64,000 bases of DNA from Vulcanimicrobiota bacterium (GTDB lineage Bacteria > Vulcanimicrobiota > Vulcanimicrobiia > Eremiobacterales > Eremiobacteraceae), in assembly GCA_963812135.1 (NCBI GenBank), contig CAWETU010000001.1:448001-512000 (forward strand). The letters are read 5' to 3'. The translations under genes and the position numbers were made by a program. The notes under the pieces are model-generated. The model searched no databases. It had not been told where the DNA came from and saw only the letters and a program-made list of their open reading frames with translations. Below, piece by piece: positions 7,553 to 16,717 of the stretch. Numbering within the stretch: position 1 is the stretch's first letter; the number at the start of each line of letters is the position of its first letter.

Positions 7553-10318
7553 GTGACCGCAATGCCGTCTGACGGGCGGACGTTGCTCCTCATCGACGTC
7601 TACGCCCTGGTATACCGCGCGTTTTTCGCGTTGCCGCCGCTCACCGCGCCCGATGGGCGTCCGGTGAATGCGGTCTACGGTTTCGAGCGGATGCTCAACC
7701 GCGTGCTGAACGACGAGAAGCCGACGCATGTCATCGCGGCGTGGGACGCAGGCATTCCCGCAGAACGCATGGCGCTGTACCCGGAGTACAAGGCTAACCG
7801 CGCCGAAACGCCCGACGATCTGCGCTCGCAATTCGCGTTGGTGCGCCGGGCGCTCGCCGCGTACGGCATCCCGATCGTCGAGGTCGAAGGCGAAGAAGCC
7901 GACGATGCGATCGCGACGTTGACGACGCGCGCGTCCGCTGACGGCCTGCGCACGATCGTCGTCTCCGGCGATCTCGATCTGCTGCAGTTGGTGGACGATC
8001 ACGTGACGGTGGTCGTGACGCGTCGCGGCATCTCCGACATGGCGCGCTACGACGAAGCGGCGGTCCGCGAGCGCTACGGGCTTTCGCCATCGCAGCTGCC
8101 GGACTATCGCGGGCTCAAGGGCGATCCATCAGACAACTTGCCCGGCGTGCCCGGCATCGGCGAGAAGACGGCGGCGCGCCTCATCGCGCAATACGGCACG
8201 CTGGATGAACTGCTCGCGCACACCGCCGAGGTGACGCCAACGCGCATCGGCGAGTTGCTTGACAGATATGCCGCCCAGGCGCGCGCGTGCCGCGACGTCT
8301 CCACGGCCAAGCGCGATCTGGCGATTCCACTGCGCTGGGAGGACGGCGAGTTGCGCTCGACCGATCCGATGGCGCGCAACGAATTGTTTCAAGAGCTCGG
8401 CTTTCGATCGCTGATGACGACGCTGCCCGGCCAAAGCCAAGGCCAGGCGCCGTCGCGGCCGCCTGCGGCCGAAGACGCGTTTCAAACGATCGACGCAGCG
8501 GATGCGAATGTGGCGCCCGTCGAGCAAATACCGACACAGTACCGGCTCGTCGCCGATCGCGCAGCCGCGACCGACGTGCTCGCCGCCGCGCGCCGCGCGC
8601 CCGAGTTCGCGTTGGTCACGCTGCCGGCGCTCACCGCATGGCGCAGCCCCGAGCCGCTTGCGTTCGCGCTTTCGCAGGCAGCCGGCTCGGCAGATGCGAT
8701 TCCGGCGGCGCTGGCGTTGCGCGACACCACCGTGCGCGAGGCGTTCGCCGAACTGCTCGCCGATCCGAACGCGATCAAGATCGTGCACGACTCCAAGACG
8801 CTTGCCGGTTGGCTGGCGGGCGAGCATCTCGAACTCGCCGGCGTCGGGCTTGACGCGAAGCTCGCGCACGAGCTGCTGGACGCGACGCGCGTCGAGCCGC
8901 CGCTGCCGGATACGCTCGCCTTCGCCGGCACCGCGGCGGTGCTCGCCTCGCCCGTGCCGCAGACGCAGCGCATCGATCTCTTCGAGCAGTCGCCCGCGCT
9001 CGAGGCCGCGCATGCCTCGGCGGCAGACGCGCTGCTGCGCGCCGCGCCGCGCTTGCGCGAGCGCATCCGCGCGGCCGGCATGGAATCGCTCTTGCGCGAC
9101 ATCGAGCAGCCGCTTGCCCCCGTGCTCGCCTCGATGGAGCGCGCCGGGTTTCGACTCGATCTTGAAGAGCTGACGCGCATCCGCGGCCGGCTCGACCGCA
9201 TCATGGCTGAGACGTCAGCGGCGATCTATTCGATCGCCGGCCACGAGTTCAACATCAATTCACCCAAAGCGCTGGGCGACGTCCTGTTCGAGAAACTCGC
9301 GCTGCCGCACGGCGGCAAGACCAAGACCGGCTACGCGACGGGCATCGAGGTGCTCGCGCCGCTGGCGGTCGAGCACGACATCGCCGCGAAAGTGCTCGAG
9401 TTCCGCGAAGTGAGCAAGCTCAAGGGAACGTACGTCGACGCGCTGCCGGCGCTGCTGGACGCGAACACCGGCTTGCTGCACACCACCTTTCATCAGCTCG
9501 GCGCCGCGACCGGGCGGCTTTCGAGCAGCGACCCGAACCTGCAGAACATCCCGATCCGCAGCGCAGCAGGACGCGAGATCCGGCGCGCGTTCCTCGCGCC
9601 GACGCCGGGCAATGTGCTGCTGGCGGCCGATTATTCGCAGATCGAGCTGCGGCTCTTCGCGCATCTGGCAGAAGATCCGAATCTCATCGACGCATTCGCG
9701 CGCGGCGAGGACATCCACGAATTCTCCGCCCGAGCGGTGTTTAGCATCGCGCCAGACGCAGAGGTCGACCGCGAGATGCGACGCCGCGCCAAAGCGGTCA
9801 ACTTCGGCATCCTCTACGGCCAGGGCGAGTTCGGCCTGGCGCAGAGCGTCGGCTTCTCGCGCGAGGAAGCGCGCGAATTCATCGGCGCGTATTTCACGCG
9901 CTTCCCGCGCGTGCGCGAGTACATCGACGCCGGGCTCGAACGGGCGCGCGACGATGGCTACGTGACGACGCTCATGGGCCGCCGGCGCTGGCTGCCCGAT
10001 CTGCGCTCGCGCAACTACGGCCTGCGCGCAGCGGCCGAGCGCATGGCGATCAACGCGCCGCTGCAAGGCGGCTCTGCCGATCTCATCAAGATCGCGATGG
10101 TGCGCGTGGCGCGCGGACTGCATGAGCGCGGACTGCAGGCGCGGCTCGTCCTGCAGGTCCACGACGAGTTGATGTTCGACGTCGCGCCAAGCGATGTGCC
10201 GGCTGTGCGCGCCATCGTCAAGGACGCGATGGAGCATGCGATGGATCTACGCGTGCCGTTGGTCGTCGATTTCAAAGTCGGGCCCACGTGGGGCGAGGCC
10301 GAAGCGGCCGACGACTGA
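7553..10318 (+). CDS. polA: DNA polymerase I
   Basis: 5'-3' exonuclease (YKANR, EADD, GD.SDNLPGVPGIGEKTA) and polymerase motifs (TGRLSSSDPNLQNIP, DYSQIELR, AKAVNFGILYG, QVHDEL); 3'-5' exonuclease motifs appear degenerate. Confidence 0.98.
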   Translation: MTAMPSDGRTLLLIDVYALVYRAFFALPPLTAPDGRPVNAVYGFERMLNRVLNDEKPTHVIAAWDAGIPAERMALYPEYKANRAETPDDLRSQFALVRRALAAYGIPIVEVEGEEADDAIATLTTRASADGLRTIVVSGDLDLLQLVDDHVTVVVTRRGISDMARYDEAAVRERYGLSPSQLPDYRGLKGDPSDNLPGVPGIGEKTAARLIAQYGTLDELLAHTAEVTPTRIGELLDRYAAQARACRDVSTAKRDLAIPLRWEDGELRSTDPMARNELFQELGFRSLMTTLPGQSQGQAPSRPPAAEDAFQTIDAADANVAPVEQIPTQYRLVADRAAATDVLAAARRAPEFALVTLPALTAWRSPEPLAFALSQAAGSADAIPAALALRDTTVREAFAELLADPNAIKIVHDSKTLAGWLAGEHLELAGVGLDAKLAHELLDATRVEPPLPDTLAFAGTAAVLASPVPQTQRIDLFEQSPALEAAHASAADALLRAAPRLRERIRAAGMESLLRDIEQPLAPVLASMERAGFRLDLEELTRIRGRLDRIMAETSAAIYSIAGHEFNINSPKALGDVLFEKLALPHGGKTKTGYATGIEVLAPLAVEHDIAAKVLEFREVSKLKGTYVDALPALLDANTGLLHTTFHQLGAATGRLSSSDPNLQNIPIRSAAGREIRRAFLAPTPGNVLLAADYSQIELRLFAHLAEDPNLIDAFARGEDIHEFSARAVFSIAPDAEVDREMRRRAKAVNFGILYGQGEFGLAQSVGFSREEAREFIGAYFTRFPRVREYIDAGLERARDDGYVTTLMGRRRWLPDLRSRNYGLRAAAERMAINAPLQGGSADLIKIAMVRVARGLHERGLQARLVLQVHDELMFDVAPSDVPAVRAIVKDAMEHAMDLRVPLVVDFKVGPTWGEAEAADD

Positions 10319-10321
10319 TCG

Positions 10322-11122
10322 ATGCCCGAACTGCCCGAAGTCGAAACGATCGCCCGCGATCTCGCACGCACGCTCACGGGAAGGCGCATCGCCTCCGTGG
10401 ACGTGCGCTGGGCGCGCACCATCGATTCGCGCGGCCTGCCGGGGCAGACGTTGGTGGGCGACACCATCTCGCGCGTCCGCCGCGTCGGCAAGTTCGTCAT
10501 CTTCGATCTCGCGAGCGGCCGTCATGTCGCCGTGCACCTGCGAATGACCGGCAGGCTCGTCGCCGATCCGCGCGACGAAGCGCCTCACACTCGACTTACG
10601 TTGCATTTCGACGACGGTGGCAGCCTCCGGTTCGCCGACGCGCGCAAGTTCGGGCGCTGGCGCATCTTCGAGGGCGATCCACGTGATGTGCTTCAGGTCG
10701 GCATTGATCCGTTCGATCCGGCGCTCGACGCGAAGCGCATGTACGAGCTCACGCGCGGCCGCTCCACCAAAGTGAAGGCCTGGCTGCTCGACCAGCGGCG
10801 CCTGTCGGGCGTGGGCAATATCTACGCCTGCGAAGCGCTGTACGACGCGCGCATCCGCCCCACTCGGCGGACCGGCCGCTTGACCGCCGCGCAGGCCTCG
10901 GCGCTGCTGGCGAGCCTGCGCAAAGTGTTGCGCAAAGCCATACAGCATCGGGGTTCGAGCGTTGACGACTACGTCGATGGGGAAGGATTGCCCGGCGAGT
11001 TTCAGAAGAAACTCGCTGTCTACGGGCGTGGTGGTTTGCCGTGTCGCCGATGCAAGACGGCGATCAGGCGGGTTGTCCTCGCGCAACGAGGGACGTTTTT
11101 CTGCCCCGTGTGCCAGCACTGA
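10322..11122 (+). CDS. mutM: Formamidopyrimidine-DNA glycosylase
   Basis: MPELPEVET, HLRMTG, GVGNIY, C-terminal zinc finger CRRC...RGTFFCPVCQ. Confidence 0.97.
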   Translation: MPELPEVETIARDLARTLTGRRIASVDVRWARTIDSRGLPGQTLVGDTISRVRRVGKFVIFDLASGRHVAVHLRMTGRLVADPRDEAPHTRLTLHFDDGGSLRFADARKFGRWRIFEGDPRDVLQVGIDPFDPALDAKRMYELTRGRSTKVKAWLLDQRRLSGVGNIYACEALYDARIRPTRRTGRLTAAQASALLASLRKVLRKAIQHRGSSVDDYVDGEGLPGEFQKKLAVYGRGGLPCRRCKTAIRRVVLAQRGTFFCPVCQH

Positions 11123-11188
11123 TCCAATTCGTTCCACGCGGTTCCCAAGACGAAAAAACTCGGAAGAGGGATAGGTTAACTTTTGTTA

Positions 11189-12346
11189 ATGACTGATACA
11201 CCGGCGGACGCGCAAACGCAGACCCAGGACGAGTTCGCGCTCGAGCAGCAGCTCTACGAAGCAAGTCTGCGGACGCTTGATGAAGGCCAGGTGCTCACCG
11301 GCGTCATCGTCGCGAAGACGCATGACGAATTGCTCGTCGACATCGGCGGCAAATCCGAAGGCATCGTGACGGGCCGCGAACTGTCGCCGGGGATGCGCGT
11401 CGCCGATCTCAAGGTGGGCGACACGCTCGAAGTGCTCGTGCATCGCATCGACGGCGACGGCGATGGCGCGATGTACTTGTCCGAGCGGCGCGCGCGCGCG
11501 CTCAAGACGTGGGAGCGCGTGCTCGAAGCGCACGAGAACAACGAAGCGATCACCGCGACGGTCACGCAGGTCGTCAAGGGCGGCGTGCTCGTCGACCTTG
11601 GCATGCGGGGCTTTGTGCCCGCGTCGCAGATCCGGCGCCACCCGGTCGGCAATCTCGAAGAGATGGTCGGCAAAGTGCTGCGTCTCAAAGTGATCGATCT
11701 CGATCACAAGCGCCGCCGCGTCGTCTTGAGCCAGCGCGTGGTGCTCGAAGAAGAGCTCAATCAGAAGAAGCAGGAGCTGCTCTCGACGTTGCAACCCGGA
11801 CAGATCCGCGAAGGCACCGTCGTGCGGCTTGCCGATTTCGGCGCGTTCGTCGACCTCGGTGGCGTCGATGGCCTGATCCACAACAGCGAGCTGTCGTGGT
11901 CGCGCATCAAACACCCGAGCGAGGCCGTGCAGATCGGCGACAAGGTCCAGGTTGAGATCATGAAGTTCGACTCGGAAGCGCGCAAGGTCAGCCTGTCGCT
12001 CAAACACTCGCTCGAAGATCCATGGAAGAACGTGCCGGATCAGCTGCAAGAAGGCCAGATCGTGCCCGCGACGCTGATCAAAGCGACATCGAACTATCTG
12101 TTGGTCGAAGTGCTGCCTGGCGTCACCGGGATGGTGCCCAAGTCGGAGTTCGATCCGAACACGCCGATCCAGGTCGGCGAGCAGCTCAACGTCAAACTGC
12201 TCTCGATCAACGCCGCGTCGAGGCGCATCAACGCGAGCGCCACCAAAGCCGAGGCGAATGGCGGCGAGGGCGAGCAAGCGGCTGCGGAAGAACCGGCGGC
12301 GCCTGAGTCAGGCGCTCCAGAAGAGACCGCAGACGCGACGACATAG
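11189..12346 (+). CDS. rpsA: 30S ribosomal protein S1 (short form, about 4 S1 domains)
   Basis: VDIGGKSEG, VKGGVLVDLG.RGFVPAS, FGAFVDLGGVDGLIH.SELSW repeats. Confidence 0.92.
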   Translation: MTDTPADAQTQTQDEFALEQQLYEASLRTLDEGQVLTGVIVAKTHDELLVDIGGKSEGIVTGRELSPGMRVADLKVGDTLEVLVHRIDGDGDGAMYLSERRARALKTWERVLEAHENNEAITATVTQVVKGGVLVDLGMRGFVPASQIRRHPVGNLEEMVGKVLRLKVIDLDHKRRRVVLSQRVVLEEELNQKKQELLSTLQPGQIREGTVVRLADFGAFVDLGGVDGLIHNSELSWSRIKHPSEAVQIGDKVQVEIMKFDSEARKVSLSLKHSLEDPWKNVPDQLQEGQIVPATLIKATSNYLLVEVLPGVTGMVPKSEFDPNTPIQVGEQLNVKLLSINAASRRINASATKAEANGGEGEQAAAEEPAAPESGAPEETADATT

Positions 12347-12367
12347 ACGGATCTCGATTCTCGGGCG

Positions 12368-12392
12368 AAGGGGCGACGCACATCGCCCCTTT
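12368..12392 (+). terminator. Probable intrinsic terminator after rpsA
   Basis: AAGGGGCGA-cgcaca-TCGCCCCTT hairpin followed by a short T/A tract. Confidence 0.55.
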
Positions 12393-12403
12393 AATATTGC
12401 GCC

Positions 12404-12991
12404 ATGGTGATCGGACTGACCGGGGGGATCGGGTCCGGTAAATCCAGCGTTGCCGCTCTGTTCGCCGCTCGCGGCGCCACCATCATCGACACCGATGCCG
12501 TGGCGCGCGAGATCGTCGAGCCGCCTAGTCCTGTGCTCGACGCGATTCATTACGAATTCGGCGGCGGCGTCATCACCCCCGACGGCAAGCTCAATCGTGA
12601 GGCGATGGCGCGGATCGTGTTCGCCGATCCTCGCCAACGCGAACTGCTCAACCGGCTCACCCACCCCGCCATTCGCGAGCGCACCATCGAGCTCATGGCC
12701 GCGCAACCGGCCGGCGCGACCGTCGTCGTCGTGGTGCCGCTGCTGTTCGAGGCAGAATTCGACAAGTTGTGCGACAGCGTCGTCGCAGTCGTCGCCGACC
12801 CCGATCTACGCCGTTCGCGCGTCGCGGAGCGCGACCGCGTGAAAGAAGAGGCGGTCGCGGCGCGCATGAACGCGCAACTCGCCGACGACGAGTACGCGCG
12901 CCGCGCCAAACACGTGATCAGAAACGACGGCGACCTGGCGCATCTGGAGCGCCAAGTCGCGGCTATCTGGGAGACGATCCACTCGGGCTGA
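12404..12991 (+). CDS. coaE: Dephospho-CoA kinase
   Basis: IGLTGGIGSGKS, ID.D.VAR, HP.IR, VPLLFE motifs. Confidence 0.96.
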   Translation: MVIGLTGGIGSGKSSVAALFAARGATIIDTDAVAREIVEPPSPVLDAIHYEFGGGVITPDGKLNREAMARIVFADPRQRELLNRLTHPAIRERTIELMAAQPAGATVVVVVPLLFEAEFDKLCDSVVAVVADPDLRRSRVAERDRVKEEAVAARMNAQLADDEYARRAKHVIRNDGDLAHLERQVAAIWETIHSG

Positions 12992-12993
12992 GG

Positions 12994-13788
12994 TCAGAGG
13001 TCCTGGTGCGCGAGGAGTTGGCTGACCGTCACAAATGTGTAGCCTTCCGCGCGCAGCTGCGGGATGATCTCGGCCAGCGCTATGGCCGTGTTGTATTGGC
13101 CGCTGTGCAGCAGCACGATTCCGCCGGGCGTGGCACGCTTGACCACGCGCTCGACGATCAGCGATACGGGCAGCTCGATGTTGTCGACCTTGGCATCGTC
13201 GGGAGCATCGCTCCAAAGAATGGTCCGGTAGCCGAGCTTGCGCGCGATGTCGATCACACGGGTATCGTAGTGGCCGTGCGGTGGCCGGAACAGCGTTGGC
13301 GCGTCGCCGGTGTAGCTCTGGATGAGCCCGCCGCATGCCGAGATCTGGTCTTCGATCTCGTCGTCGCTGAGCGACGTCAAGGTGAAATGATTGAACGTGT
13401 GGTTCCCGAGCTCGCTGCCGGATGCGATGATCCGCTCGACGAGTTGCGGATATTCTTGCATCGTGCGGCCGACCAGGAAGAACGTCGCGGGCGTGCCGTC
13501 GGTTTCGAGCTGGTGCAGCAGCAACGGCGTGTAGAAGGGGTACGGGCCATCATCGAAGGTGAGCGCGATTTCCTTGCGCTGCATCGGCACGAACCACACG
13601 CGGCCGTCGGCCGCCATCCCGCCGGGATGCGGATGTTCGCCAGAGGCCGGCAGCGCATCGGCGGAAGCAAGCGACGTCGCGGCCCGCGCGGGCGATGCCG
13701 CTGTGGCGCAAACCATGAACAGGGCGACGCCGAGCGCGAGCAAGGGAGCCAGGCGGCGGATCAGCGGGGCACCTGCGGCGCGAGCCAC
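12994..13788 (-). CDS. Secreted polysaccharide deacetylase (NodB/CE4)
   Basis: LTFDDGP, ATFF, NHTFNH, FRPPHG, IVLLH motifs; signal peptide. Confidence 0.92.
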   Translation of the reverse strand: MARAAGAPLIRRLAPLLALGVALFMVCATAASPARAATSLASADALPASGEHPHPGGMAADGRVWFVPMQRKEIALTFDDGPYPFYTPLLLHQLETDGTPATFFLVGRTMQEYPQLVERIIASGSELGNHTFNHFTLTSLSDDEIEDQISACGGLIQSYTGDAPTLFRPPHGHYDTRVIDIARKLGYRTILWSDAPDDAKVDNIELPVSLIVERVVKRATPGGIVLLHSGQYNTAIALAEIIPQLRAEGYTFVTVSQLLAHQDL

Positions 13789-14426
13789 ACTCGGCCGAAC
13801 GCCGCCAAGAACGATTCGTCGCTGTACCCGCGCGTGCGGATCGCGAGGTACGTCGGGCGATCGGCGGACACGGAGAAGACGGTGCTCTCGATGCTGGTCA
13901 GATCGCTGCGGTCGACCGGGATCGTGGCCCAGATGTCGAGCGTCTGCAGATCCGGAAAGCGGTCAAAGGCGGTCCGGATGAGCGTCACGGCTTCGCGCTG
14001 CATCTCGGTCGCATCGATATCGCGCATCGTGTGCGGCACTCGCGCAGAGAACCGGATGCCCGCGGCGTCGTACGCGCCTTCGTCCGACACGTAGATCTTG
14101 ATGATGTTGTGCGCGGGCAGCAGGGGATATGTGGCGCGGAACAGCTCGTCCTCACGCGCCGGCTCGTAGCCTTCGATCCACGGCCGGTCGGCATACGGGG
14201 TGGTGCCGGGCATGACCGCGCGATCGGTCATCGGCTCGGAGCTGACGCCGCCTGCCGCTTGCGCGGCTTCGACCGCCCCGCCGACGCCGCCGGTGGGCGC
14301 GGTGTGCACGGCGTGCACCGAATGCGCCGCCTGACCGTGCGCGTGCGCTTGGGCGGCCAGCGCGCCCGCCGATGGCGCGGCGCAAAGAACGCCGGCTGCT
14401 AACGCCCCGGCGCACAAGAACCTCAT
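13761..14426 (-). CDS. Secreted hypothetical protein
   Basis: Signal peptide MRFLCAGALAAGVL.., His/Ala-rich linker, globular C-terminus; overlaps the deacetylase start. Confidence 0.6.
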   Translation of the reverse strand: MRFLCAGALAAGVLCAAPSAGALAAQAHAHGQAAHSVHAVHTAPTGGVGGAVEAAQAAGGVSSEPMTDRAVMPGTTPYADRPWIEGYEPAREDELFRATYPLLPAHNIIKIYVSDEGAYDAAGIRFSARVPHTMRDIDATEMQREAVTLIRTAFDRFPDLQTLDIWATIPVDRSDLTSIESTVFSVSADRPTYLAIRTRGYSDESFLAAFGRVWLAPQVPR

Positions 14427-14662
14427 ATCGATAAAACGTCCAAGCAAAGGGCTTTGTTTCCTCGCGGTCTTCTTCACGCGCGACGTCCGGCGCGTCAATG
14501 ACAGACCCGCTGGACCAAGATTAATTCCCGATGAGTCGCCCTGAGCCCTCGGGACGCGGCGGCACGTTTCGGAGCGTCCGTGCGTTTCCTTGACGAGTAG
14601 ACAGCCGCTCAACGTGGTGCGCCCCGAGCGACGCCGTCTGCCGGCCCAAACGAGGAAAGATA

Positions 14663-14962
14663 ATGCAAGAGGAAACAGCTCAAGAGGGAACGGGCACCCC
14701 GATGACCGTGCGCGAGGCCGGCAAAAAAGGCGGCGACGCGGTGCGGAAAAAGTACGGCCCTTCCTTTTATGAAGAGATCGGGCGCAAGGGCGGCGAGCGC
14801 ACCAAGGAACGCCACGGCGCCGGCTTTTACGGCAGCATCGGACAAAAAGGCGGCAACGCCGTCAAGGACAAGTATGGGACCGGTTTCTACGAGCAGATCG
14901 GTCACAAGGGCGGGCAAAAGGTCAAGCGGTTGATCGAAGAGGCGAAAAAGGCGGCCTCGTAG
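14663..14962 (+). CDS. KGG-repeat general stress protein (GsiB/Em-like)
   Basis: 20-aa repeats of the form G.KGG..V..KYG..FY..I; GAGGA RBS. Confidence 0.9.
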   Translation: MQEETAQEGTGTPMTVREAGKKGGDAVRKKYGPSFYEEIGRKGGERTKERHGAGFYGSIGQKGGNAVKDKYGTGFYEQIGHKGGQKVKRLIEEAKKAAS

Positions 14963-14998
14963 GCCCAGAAGGCGGCCCGCTACGAAGGGGTCGAAGCG

Positions 14999-15031
14999 CA
15001 GCGCGGGGATTCAGGTCCCCGCGCTGTTTTT
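14999..15031 (+). terminator. Intrinsic terminator
   Basis: CAGCGCGGGGAT-tcag-GTCCCCGCGCTG followed by TTTTT. Confidence 0.85.
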
Positions 15032-15075
15032 GCCTCGGTCGAATAAATTCGACCGCCACATGGGTGGGTGCAAGC

Positions 15076-16161
15076 ATGCTCGACGCCATCGATCGAAAAG
15101 CCGCCGATCCCCAAGACATGATGGGCGCGATCCTGTCGCTGCCCGACCAGTGCGCCCGAGCCAAACAGATCGCGCGCGATGCGGACCTCGGCCCATTGAC
15201 CGGCCGTCGCTTCGCCAACGCGGTCGTCGCCGGGATGGGCGGCTCGGCGATCGGCGGCGATCTGCTGCGGGCCATCTTCCAATCGGTGCTGCGCGTGCCG
15301 GTCGAGGTGTCGCGCGATTACCACGTCCCAGAATATGTCGGCGCGGACTCGCTGGTCATCGCCGCAAGCTACTCAGGGAACACGGAAGAGACGCTGGCCG
15401 CATACGACGCGGCGCGCAACGCAAGGGCGGCGCTGCTCGCCGTCACGACCGGCGGGGAGCTTCGGGCCTGCTGCACGCGCGATGGCGTGCCGGCCATCAT
15501 CATCCCGGGCGGTCTCCAGCCGCGCGCGGCGCTCGGCTATTCGTTCGTGCCGCTCATCGTCGCAGCCGCGCGCCTCGGTCTCATGCCGGAAACGCTGACC
15601 GACGACATCGACGAGATGATCGCCGTGCTCGAACGCGTGCGCAACGAGTGCAACCCGGAAGCGGCGCAATCGAGCAACCGCGCGAAGCAGCTCGCCGCGC
15701 AATGGACCGGCACGATTCCGGTGATCTACGGCTCGCAAGGCGAACGCGGCGTCGTCGCCTACCGCTGGAAGACGCAGATCAACGAGAACGCCAAAGCGTT
15801 CGCCGTCTCAAACGTGCTGCCCGAACTCGATCATAACGAATCGGTCGGCTGGAGCGGCCACCGGGATCAATCGGCCCCGGAACACGCGCTCGCGGTCGTC
15901 TTCTTGCGCGATGAGCACGAACCGGCCGCCACCCGCCGGCGCGCGGAGCTGACGAGGACGATCGTCGAAAAACGGGCTGCGGCCGTCACCGACGTCTGGT
16001 CGATCGGGGAGAGCGCGCTCGCGAGAGCGCTTTCGCTGGTCTACGTCGGGGATTTCGCGTCGTGCTATCTCGCCTACGCGTACGGCGAGGATCCGACGCC
16101 GGTCAAAGTCATCGATTGGTTGAAGGGCGAGTTGGCGAAGACTGACCGACATTCGCGATAG
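15076..16161 (+). CDS. Bifunctional phosphoglucose/phosphomannose isomerase
   Basis: GMGGSAIGGD, SYSGNTEET, QPRAALGY, RWKTQINENAK, PELDHNE motifs. Confidence 0.93.
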   Translation: MLDAIDRKAADPQDMMGAILSLPDQCARAKQIARDADLGPLTGRRFANAVVAGMGGSAIGGDLLRAIFQSVLRVPVEVSRDYHVPEYVGADSLVIAASYSGNTEETLAAYDAARNARAALLAVTTGGELRACCTRDGVPAIIIPGGLQPRAALGYSFVPLIVAAARLGLMPETLTDDIDEMIAVLERVRNECNPEAAQSSNRAKQLAAQWTGTIPVIYGSQGERGVVAYRWKTQINENAKAFAVSNVLPELDHNESVGWSGHRDQSAPEHALAVVFLRDEHEPAATRRRAELTRTIVEKRAAAVTDVWSIGESALARALSLVYVGDFASCYLAYAYGEDPTPVKVIDWLKGELAKTDRHSR

Positions 16162-16717
16162 ACTCGCCGGTCGTGATCATCCCCGTCTGGAGGTTCGCGG
16201 CCAGGTGGGTGGTGTGGATGGCGACGCCGTGATAGAGCAAGTCGGTATCGCCGGGGCAGTTCAACAATTGCGAGTTGTTGTTCCAGACCAGCGATTGCGT
16301 CAAGAAGTGCTGCTTCTCGGGTAAGCCGATCGACCACACGTGCACGCCTTTGTCGGCGGCGTAGTTCAGGCTGCGGGTGTCGAGCGTCACCTCGCCGGCG
16401 ATGATGCGGTACGTGGGTTTGCCGCGCAGATAGTAGGTCGCGGTCGCGTTGTGATACGTCTGGGTCGCGCCGTCGATGCTGAACTCCGAGCGGGATGACG
16501 CGAAGCGCCAGCTGGTGCGGCCATCATGCAGGCCCTGACCGGTGATGTTGTTGACGACGATCTTCGCGTTCGACGTCGCGGGCACGAGATCGGGCGTCAT
16601 GAGACCGGCGATCAAAAAGCCCACGATCGTCAGCGCGAACGCGCCGCCGGCGATGGCCGCTATCAGCGACCAGCGTTTGCGAAGAGCGACGAGCCCATCG
16701 TACAGCTTTGCGAACAT
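16109..16717 (-). CDS. LptC-like LPS transport protein
   Basis: Single N-terminal TM followed by a beta-rich jellyroll-like region (W.F.S, T.SL.WNN..Q); ATG overlaps the lnt stop; located in the Lpt cluster. Confidence 0.6.
   Translation of the reverse strand: MFAKLYDGLVALRKRWSLIAAIAGGAFALTIVGFLIAGLMTPDLVPATSNAKIVVNNITGQGLHDGRTSWRFASSRSEFSIDGATQTYHNATATYYLRGKPTYRIIAGEVTLDTRSLNYAADKGVHVWSIGLPEKQHFLTQSLVWNNNSQLLNCPGDTDLLYHGVAIHTTHLAANLQTGMITTGESIANVGQSSPTRPSTNR

Noticed and set aside
14520..14570. Hammerhead-ribozyme-like CCGATGAG...
   Set aside because: Lacks the CUGAUGA core and a correctly placed GAAA on either strand.
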